64,000 nt of DNA from Patescibacteria group bacterium (GTDB lineage Bacteria > Patescibacteriota > Microgenomatia > CAYGWK01). Numbering within the stretch: position 1 is the first letter of the stretch; each line of letters begins with the position of its first letter. Location: NCBI GenBank assembly GCA_049322615.1, contig JBMORX010000009.1:57120-121119 (forward strand), given 5' to 3'. This document shows, one piece after another, positions 57,184 through 64,000 of the stretch. The notes under the pieces are model-generated. The model did no database searches. It saw only the letters and a list, made by a program, of their open reading frames with translations, and was not told the DNA's origin. The position numbers and the translations under genes are program-made.

Positions 57184-57798
57184 ATGCCAGTTACTCTTTA
57201 TCGTCGCCAAAAACAAATTTTAGATTTCTTGAGCCTTTATATTCAAAAACATGGCTATTCTCCAACTTTACAGCAAATTGCTGATGCTTTAGGGGTCCGC
57301 TCATTGGCGACAGTTCACGAACATTTAGCCGCCATGGTTAAAAAAGGAATAATCCATCGTTTTGAAGGGGCGGTCCGGGGAATTGAAATTGTTGACAAAA
57401 AACTTGGAGAGTTAACCGCCGGCGTTGAACTACCAATTTTAGGCTATATTGCCGCCGGCTCGCCCATTGAACCCTACACTGACCCAAATGCCACAATTTC
57501 TGTCGCTCCCGGACTTTTATCTGGTAAAAAACCTGCTTTTGTACTTCAGGTTAAAGGGGAGTCAATGATTGAAGATGGCATTCTGCCTGATGACTATGTC
57601 GTTGTTGAACAGCAAGAAGAGGTAAGAAATGGCGATATTGTTGTCGCTTTGCTTGAAAATGGCTTGGCGACTTTAAAACGCTATTTTCGTGAAGCCTCGC
57701 GAATTAGACTTGAACCAGCAAATTCAAAAATGTCGCCAATTTTTACCACTAAAGTTAAAATTCAAGGAAAAGTGGTGGGAGTAATTAGAAGATATTAA
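57184..57798 (+). CDS. lexA: LexA repressor
   Basis: wHTH, IAAG cleavage site, GESM Ser, TLKR Lys. Confidence 0.95.
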   Translation: MPVTLYRRQKQILDFLSLYIQKHGYSPTLQQIADALGVRSLATVHEHLAAMVKKGIIHRFEGAVRGIEIVDKKLGELTAGVELPILGYIAAGSPIEPYTDPNATISVAPGLLSGKKPAFVLQVKGESMIEDGILPDDYVVVEQQEEVRNGDIVVALLENGLATLKRYFREASRIRLEPANSKMSPIFTTKVKIQGKVVGVIRRY

Positions 57799-59056
57799 TA
57801 ATCATCAACGTCGAGGCAAGTCCAACAAAGACAAAAGTCACCCAGGCAACCATTCTGTTTAATCTTGTGGTTTTAAAATTACCGACAACCCTTTGATCAT
57901 CCGCCAGTTTAATAATAATGGCAATTAAGGGAACGGCGATTACCCCATTGATGATTGCCGCATAATACAAAGCCTTGATTGGGTTTATCCCCAGCAGATT
58001 GATGATGGCGCCAACTAAAGTTGCTAAACCCAAAACAAGATAAAAAGCTTTTGCCTCACTTAATTTTTTACTCAATCCTTCTTTAAAGCCAAAAACCTCG
58101 GAAAAGGCATAAGCAACTCCTCCGGCTAAAATAGGGACAGATTGAAGACCAATGCCGATAATGCCAAAAGTGAAAAGAATAAAGGCAAAGTCACCGACTA
58201 AAGGTTTTAAAGCCAAAGCAGCCTGTTGGGGAGTCTCAATATCAGTGATGCCACTTGCATGTAAGGTTTGGGCGGTGGTTAAAACGATAAAAGCGGCGAC
58301 CAAATTAGAAAAAATCATCCCAATCATTGTATCTCGTCGCATATAAACAATTTCTTTTTTGGCGATGTGTGGTTTTCTTTCAAATTCCTTAATTTTTCCT
58401 TCCTCAATTTCTTCTTCGACCTCTTCTGCCGCCTGCCAGAAGAAAAGATAAGGAGAAATCGTTGTCCCGATAAAACCCACCATGGTCATGAGGTAGACCA
58501 GGGAGAAATCAATATGAGGAATCAGGGTATGCTTTAAGACTGAAAGCCAATCCTGTTTGATGATTACCGCGGTTGCCCCGTAAACCAAAAGCGTTAGCCC
58601 CATGAACTTAAGATAAGAAGAATATTTACGGTAAGAAACGAAGATCTCAAGCATAAGGCTAAACAGAGTTACCGCCGCTAACCAGAACAAAAATGGTAAT
58701 CCTAAAACCATCACCAGGCTTGCGGCCATAATTCCCAGGTCAGCGCTAATGTTTATGGTGTTGGCAACAATCAAAAGAACAACCGCAAAACCTAGTAATT
58801 GTTTAGAATAAAATTTCTTAATTACTCCTGCCAGACCCATTCCCGAGACCATGCCAATTCTTCCGCACATTTCCTGAACTGAAATCATCATCGGCACTAA
58901 AAAGAGTGACAGCCAGTTAAGTCGATATCCGAATCGGGCGCCGGCAATCGAATAGGTCGCCACCCCTGAAGGATCGTCGTCAGCCGCGCCAGTAATAAAC
59001 CCCGGTCCGACGGATTTAAGAAGTTCTTTTAATTTTTTGAACCTTGCGGTAAACAT
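57785..59056 (-). CDS. NRAMP-family divalent metal transporter
   Basis: GPGFITGAADDDPSG, GTTISPY; start placed at ATG 59056. Confidence 0.9.
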   Translation of the reverse strand: MFTARFKKLKELLKSVGPGFITGAADDDPSGVATYSIAGARFGYRLNWLSLFLVPMMISVQEMCGRIGMVSGMGLAGVIKKFYSKQLLGFAVVLLIVANTINISADLGIMAASLVMVLGLPFLFWLAAVTLFSLMLEIFVSYRKYSSYLKFMGLTLLVYGATAVIIKQDWLSVLKHTLIPHIDFSLVYLMTMVGFIGTTISPYLFFWQAAEEVEEEIEEGKIKEFERKPHIAKKEIVYMRRDTMIGMIFSNLVAAFIVLTTAQTLHASGITDIETPQQAALALKPLVGDFAFILFTFGIIGIGLQSVPILAGGVAYAFSEVFGFKEGLSKKLSEAKAFYLVLGLATLVGAIINLLGINPIKALYYAAIINGVIAVPLIAIIIKLADDQRVVGNFKTTRLNRMVAWVTFVFVGLASTLMIINIF

Positions 59057-59639
59057 AAGAAGCAAAAAGGAAAATACCCCCAAGAACAATCAAAATCTCA
59101 AATTTCCGAAAGTAAACCTCTAAAATATTCCAATTCTGACCCAAAGCCACTCCCAATCGGGTAAGAAAAGCCGACCAAATTAAAGAACCGGTTAAGGTAT
59201 AAAGGGAAAACTTAATAACATTCATTTTGGCAATTCCCGCCGGCAAAGAGATAAAAGTCCTAACAATAGGTAAAAGACGAGAGAAAAAGGCAATTTTTCC
59301 TCCGTGAGCCCTAAACCACCGCTCTGCCTGGTCAACCTCCTCAAGGTTTATAAGCAGATATTTTCCATAAGACCTAACTGCCCTGCGGACAACTTTCTCT
59401 TGACCCCAAAAGCCTAAAGCATAGACAGCCAAAGACCCAACCAAGTTTCCCAAACCGCCAACTAAGACAACTGCCAGAAAATTCATCTTCCCCAAACCCA
59501 CCAAAAATCCAGCAAAAGGCATGGTCACTTCTGAAGGAATAGGAATTAAAGCCGATTCTAAAGTCATTAAAATAAAAATGGCTGGATAGCCGATGGTAGA
59601 GACAGAACTGGTAATCCAAGAGGCAATCTGTTCAATCAT
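59016..59639 (-). CDS. DedA family membrane protein
   Basis: ESALIPIPSE, RLLPIVRTFISLPAG. Confidence 0.93.
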   Translation of the reverse strand: MIEQIASWITSSVSTIGYPAIFILMTLESALIPIPSEVTMPFAGFLVGLGKMNFLAVVLVGGLGNLVGSLAVYALGFWGQEKVVRRAVRSYGKYLLINLEEVDQAERWFRAHGGKIAFFSRLLPIVRTFISLPAGIAKMNVIKFSLYTLTGSLIWSAFLTRLGVALGQNWNILEVYFRKFEILIVLGGIFLFASYVYRKVQKIKRTS

Positions 59640-59875
59640 TTTTCGACTTTAATCGCAGAGTCTGGACAAAAAATTTCACAAATCCCACAAAGATTACATT
59701 TTAGCGGGTCAACGCAAGGCACAGGGGTGCTATAGACACCTAAGTCTTTGCTAAAAATTAAGGCTTTAAAGGGACACTTTTCAAGACAAATTCCACAACC
59801 CTTACAAAGTCCTAAAAAGACCGTCCAGGAGCCTTTCTTAACTTTTGTTGTTTTCCCTCTGAAATTATTTTCCAT
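59636..59875 (-). CDS. 2[4Fe-4S] ferredoxin (OFOR delta subunit)
   Basis: CKGCGICLEKCP, CNLCGICEIFCP. Confidence 0.9.
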   Translation of the reverse strand: MENNFRGKTTKVKKGSWTVFLGLCKGCGICLEKCPFKALIFSKDLGVYSTPVPCVDPLKCNLCGICEIFCPDSAIKVEK

Positions 59876-59927
59876 CGCTATTTCGAGATTTATCGAGAAA
59901 CAAGCTTTGCTTATGTAGTAATGAAAT

Positions 59928-60422
59928 TTATCCCAATGCTTTTAAATTTATTTCTCGCAACTTTGGATCTTCTTTGAACTTTTCCGCCAGTTTCTCTTCG
60001 AGGGCACGCCTGACGCTTTCCTTATCGACTACCCCAGATTCTTCAATTATCTTTCCCAAAATAATTATATTCCAAACTTTAGCCGGCAACTTCACACCTC
60101 TAAGGTGTGCGGCTATTGACACCTCGGGAATTTTGTCCGAAACGACCGCTGGTCCTAAAATTACTTGAGTATTTTTACCAATATAGCCTTTTACCCGCTC
60201 AATTGCCCGGTCGCAAAAAATTGCTACCAAATCTCCCTTCTCAAACTTTGGATAGTCGCAATCACTAATTTTGACAAAAGCCAAGGAGACCCCTCCACGC
60301 TGCTCGACCCCAAAGTTTGGAATTATTGAGGCTTTTTTTTCTTCCAAAAAGGCTGAATAAGCCAAAATTTCTGCCGCCAGCTGAACTCCCTGACCTCCTT
60401 CTCCGGCAAATAAAATTTTCAT
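59928..60422 (-). CDS. 2-oxoacid:ferredoxin oxidoreductase gamma subunit
   Basis: AGEGGQG, GVEQRGG. Confidence 0.9.
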   Translation of the reverse strand: MKILFAGEGGQGVQLAAEILAYSAFLEEKKASIIPNFGVEQRGGVSLAFVKISDCDYPKFEKGDLVAIFCDRAIERVKGYIGKNTQVILGPAVVSDKIPEVSIAAHLRGVKLPAKVWNIIILGKIIEESGVVDKESVRRALEEKLAEKFKEDPKLREINLKALG

Positions 60423-61135
60423 TTTAGTTCTCCTTGAGGAAAGTATTTTTCCAGCTCTTTTACTCTTTCAATGGTTTGGGGAGCATTCGTTTTCCAATTT
60501 AAGGGACAGGCAGAGACAACTTCGACAAAAGAAAAATTACCTGCTCTTTGAGTTTCTAAAGCGGCTTTAAAGAAATTTTTTAATTCTCCAGGTTTTTCAC
60601 TGGAGGTTCTGGCAATATAAGCTTTCTCCCAGGAGAGATGCTGGAGCAGTTCTGGTCCCATAAAAGTTTTTCCCTCGATTTTTGGGTCTTTACCTGAGGG
60701 AGTTGAGTCAGTCACTTGTCCCGCAAGAGTGGTTGGGGCTAGCTGCCCACCGGTCATTCCATAATTGGTGTTATTAACCAAAATTATGGTGATTGGATTA
60801 TTCCGCAAACAGGCATGAATTAAATTCTGAAGCCCGATGGCATAACCTCCACCATCACCAATCAAACAAATAACATTTTTTTCAGGATCCGCCATCTTAA
60901 ACCCAACGGCGGTCGCCACTGTTCTTCCGTGGTGAGTCTGGGAGGTTGGTAAATCATAAAAATCCCAGGCGAGGAGATTGCAGCCAATATCAGTTAAAAA
61001 CACCGTGTTTTCCTGGATACCCAGCTCATCGACAACCAAACCCAGGTTTTTTAAGATAATTCCGTATCCGCACCCCGGACAAAACTTATGGGGTTTAGAG
61101 GAAACCTTGTAACATTTCGGGAAATTAGGCTCCAT
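60419..61135 (-). CDS. 2-oxoacid:ferredoxin oxidoreductase beta subunit
   Basis: FCPGCG, GDG..NN TPP motif, YGMTGGQ. Confidence 0.92.
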   Translation of the reverse strand: MEPNFPKCYKVSSKPHKFCPGCGYGIILKNLGLVVDELGIQENTVFLTDIGCNLLAWDFYDLPTSQTHHGRTVATAVGFKMADPEKNVICLIGDGGGYAIGLQNLIHACLRNNPITIILVNNTNYGMTGGQLAPTTLAGQVTDSTPSGKDPKIEGKTFMGPELLQHLSWEKAYIARTSSEKPGELKNFFKAALETQRAGNFSFVEVVSACPLNWKTNAPQTIERVKELEKYFPQGELK

Positions 61136-62120
61136 ATATTTCTAAAATTTCCTCTGGGGTAAAACCCAAAGCAGGCTTACCAATACTTTCAATCTCTCCC
61201 TGCCAGCCTTGGAGTTTATCACGAACTAGTTTTGATAACTGTCCAAGCGAAGACTCGACAATGGTTATTTTTTTGACAGTTTTGCTAATCTTTTTAAGAC
61301 CTTCATCAGGGAAAGGCCAGAGGGTTTTCGGTCTAAAAAGAAAAACTCCGGCATCTTTGGCTGCTAAAGCCACTGTTCCATAGGCAATGATAATTTTTTC
61401 CGCTGGTTTACCACTGACTTCATATTCACAAATTTCATCTGCCATTTTTTGCCAGTCAGAAAAATTTCTCATATTAAGCTCATAAACTTCCTCTTCTAAG
61501 TTATAGCAATTCCTCATATTCGTGGTTAAAATCGGCTCAATTTTTTCATTTTTCATTTTTAATTTTTCATTGATGTTAACTTCCCCCTTCATCTTCCCCA
61601 AATATCCATCATAGAGAATAAAAGTCGGAAATCGATACTTCCAGGCATTGGCAAAGGTTTTAAGGGTCAAATCGTATAATTCTTGGAGAGACGATGGTGC
61701 GTAAACTAATCTTAATCCTTCGCCATTGCCACCGAAAGCGGTCAAATAAAGCTCTTGCTGGGAATAGATGACCTGTCCGGTTGAAGGACCACCCCGTTGA
61801 CCAATCAGACAAACTGTCGGTAGCCTCATCCCTTCTGCCATTGAGATTGCATCCTGCATCAAAACAGTTCCCGGACCAGCGGTGGCCGTAAAAGCCGGAA
61901 CTCCGGCTAAAACACTTCCGCAAACCCCAAATCCGGCTGCCATCTCATCTTCAGTCTGAAGATACTTTCTCTTATTTTTCTCGGCTAATCTAACCCAGGT
62001 GGAGAAGACTTCAGTTGTTGGTGTAATTGGATAGCCAAACATAATCTGGGCCCCGGCGTCAAACGCCGCCTGAGCCAAAACTTCATTTCCCATTAAAAAA
62101 GATCGCATGTTATAATTCAT
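61125..62120 (-). CDS. 2-oxoacid:ferredoxin oxidoreductase alpha subunit
   Basis: GNE, YPITP, EDE, QRGGPSTG. Confidence 0.92.
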   Translation of the reverse strand: MNYNMRSFLMGNEVLAQAAFDAGAQIMFGYPITPTTEVFSTWVRLAEKNKRKYLQTEDEMAAGFGVCGSVLAGVPAFTATAGPGTVLMQDAISMAEGMRLPTVCLIGQRGGPSTGQVIYSQQELYLTAFGGNGEGLRLVYAPSSLQELYDLTLKTFANAWKYRFPTFILYDGYLGKMKGEVNINEKLKMKNEKIEPILTTNMRNCYNLEEEVYELNMRNFSDWQKMADEICEYEVSGKPAEKIIIAYGTVALAAKDAGVFLFRPKTLWPFPDEGLKKISKTVKKITIVESSLGQLSKLVRDKLQGWQGEIESIGKPALGFTPEEILEIYGA

Positions 62121-62123
62121 TGT

Positions 62124-62822
62124 ATGGCTAAACTCTATCTTGTGTCAACCCCAATTGGAAATCTGGGAGATTTGACTCTTCGGGCAAAAAGAATTTTATC
62201 AGAAGTTGAAGTTATTGCTTGCGAAGATACCAGAAAAACTGGATTGCTCCTTCAAGCCTTGCGTAAGGAGAGGGCAAAACTGATTTCTTATTACGAAGAA
62301 AACGAATTAATAAGAATTCCAGAAATTATTAATCTTCTAAAACAAGGCAAAAATGTCGCTTTAGTTTCAAACGCCGGTACGCCCACTATCTCTGACCCAG
62401 GATATAAACTTGTTCGAGAATGCATAAACCAGAGTATTCAAGTCGAAGCGATTCCAGGCGCCTCAGCGATTCTCACCGCCTTAGTCTCTTCTGGTCTACC
62501 AACCGATAAATTTTTATTCTTGGGATATCTCCCCAAAAAAGCCGGCAAGCGCCAAAAACTCCTAAATGACCTGTATCACTGTACTAGTACAATAGTACAA
62601 ATGCAACCGACAATTATTCTTTTTGAATCTCCATACCGCTTACTTGAAACACTTCAAGACCTAAAAGAAATGTTTGGTGATATCAAAATCGTTATCTGTC
62701 GGGAATTAACAAAAATTCATGAAGAAATAAGAAGAGAAAAGATTTCCGATTCAATCAAACATTTTGAACAAGTCAAACCTAAAGGAGAATTTGTTATTCT
62801 TTTTAATATTCCTCTAAAGTAG
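62124..62822 (+). CDS. rsmI: 16S rRNA C1402 2'-O-methyltransferase
   Basis: [26 protein letters not shown]. Confidence 0.95.
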   Translation: MAKLYLVSTPIGNLGDLTLRAKRILSEVEVIACEDTRKTGLLLQALRKERAKLISYYEENELIRIPEIINLLKQGKNVALVSNAGTPTISDPGYKLVRECINQSIQVEAIPGASAILTALVSSGLPTDKFLFLGYLPKKAGKRQKLLNDLYHCTSTIVQMQPTIILFESPYRLLETLQDLKEMFGDIKIVICRELTKIHEEIRREKISDSIKHFEQVKPKGEFVILFNIPLK

Positions 62823-64000
62823 AGACATCGCCGATTGGTAAACCCAATTCTTTTGCCTTCAGAAGTCTTCTGACAATTTTTCCTGAACGAGTTTTTGGGA
62901 GTTTGTCGATAAACTCAATTTCTCGCGGATAAGCATGACCAGCCAAATGGGTTTTGACATGCTCCTGTAATTTCTCAACTAGGGTTTTTGAGGGCCTCCA
63001 GGAAGGCTTTAAAGCCACAAAAGCCTTGATTATCTCTCCTCGAATTGGGTCTGGTTTACCAATTACTCCTGCTTCAGCCACGGCTGGATGCTCCAAGAGG
63101 CTTGATTCAACCTCAAACGGTCCAACTCGTTCACCTCCAGTTTTAATCACGTCGTCTGCTCTTCCCACAAACCAAAAATAGCCATCGCGATCTTTATAGG
63201 CTAAATCTCCGGTGATATACCAACCTCCTACGAAGTAGCTTTTGTATTTTGAAGGACGACGCCAGATAGTTTTCATCATTGATGGCCAGGGAGGTTTTAT
63301 CGCCAAATTCCCTACTCTGCCAGGGGAGAGCCTTTTGCCCTTATCATCAACTATTTCCGCGGAAATTCCAGGAATTGGTTTTCCCATTGAGCCTGGCTTA
63401 ATATCCATACAGGGATAGTTGGCGATTAAGATCCCACCAGTTTCTGTTTGCCACCAATTATCATGAAAGGGTAAACCAAAAGCTTTAAGTCCCCAATAAA
63501 CTGCCTCTGGATTTAAAGGCTCGCCTACTGAAGCCAAATGCCGAAGAGATGACAAATCATATTTTTTAACTAAACCAGAATCCGAAGCCGCCAACATTCT
63601 AATAGCAGTTGGCGCGGTGTACCAAACATTAACTTTATAGTCTTGGATTAGTTGATACCATTTTTCTGGACTAAATCTGCCTTCATAAACCAGGGAAGAA
63701 GCCCCATTTGACCAGGAGCCCAAGATTTCATAAGCAATTCCGGTAACCCAACCTGGATCAGCCGTGCAGTTATGAACAACCATATTGCTAAGAACATATG
63801 AACCAACTTCTGTTTCTAAATTGAAAACTTCTCCTTTATAAGGAATTTTTTTGATGGAGCGAATTGGTACCCAGATGAAATTTGGAGAAACATGGGCATG
63901 TTGATAAACGCTCGAGCGTTTATTTAAAAAAGGATGAGTTTTACCTAACACCTTGCTTAATTTCTTCAAAGATTTTCCACCGCTGGTTAAATAATAACAA
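62803..64000 (-). CDS. acs: Acetyl-CoA synthetase (3' part), intein-containing; 5' part outside the window
   Basis: C-extein [34 protein letters not shown]. Confidence 0.9.
   Translation of the reverse strand, partial: CYYLTSGGKSLKKLSKVLGKTHPFLNKRSSVYQHAHVSPNFIWVPIRSIKKIPYKGEVFNLETEVGSYVLSNMVVHNCTADPGWVTGIAYEILGSWSNGASSLVYEGRFSPEKWYQLIQDYKVNVWYTAPTAIRMLAASDSGLVKKYDLSSLRHLASVGEPLNPEAVYWGLKAFGLPFHDNWWQTETGGILIANYPCMDIKPGSMGKPIPGISAEIVDDKGKRLSPGRVGNLAIKPPWPSMMKTIWRRPSKYKSYFVGGWYITGDLAYKDRDGYFWFVGRADDVIKTGGERVGPFEVESSLLEHPAVAEAGVIGKPDPIRGEIIKAFVALKPSWRPSKTLVEKLQEHVKTHLAGHAYPREIEFIDKLPKTRSGKIVRRLLKAKELGLPIGDVSTLEEY
63769..64000 (-). mobile_element. Intein C-terminal splicing region in acs
   Basis: [20 protein letters not shown] followed by Cys+1. 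Confidence 0.9.

Overview
Bacterial chromosome segment, most likely from a Candidate Phyla Radiation / Patescibacteria (Microgenomates-like) genome. This is an inference from gene content and from the many TAnnnT boxes sitting directly before start codons. The housekeeping backbone includes recG, tyrS, PBP1A, thrS-infC-rpmI-rplT-pheS-pheT, tig, secG, uvrABC, lexA, a 2-oxoacid:ferredoxin oxidoreductase operon, rsmI and an intein-containing acs. The most unusual signals are: (1) tRNA genes nested inside other tRNA genes of the same amino-acid family, bounded by inverted repeats (Gly-in-Gly twice, Val-in-Val), plus GIY-YIG/HNH endonuclease cassettes that sit next to an orphan tRNA 5' fragment and an intact replacement tRNA; (2) a 4-gene operon next to tyrS encoding a gamma-glutamyl ligase, an enolase-superfamily epimerase, a class I glutamine amidotransferase and a TyrRS/CDPS-like protein lacking HIGH/KMSKS; (3) unannotated Phe- and Thr-rich leader-peptide attenuators upstream of pheS and thrS; (4) two RAYT transposases, with REPs and other hairpins inserted in frame in conserved genes; (5) a restriction-modification/defence island, and nuclease genes paired with convergent small structured RNAs. 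All calls were made by eye from motifs; no database searches were run.
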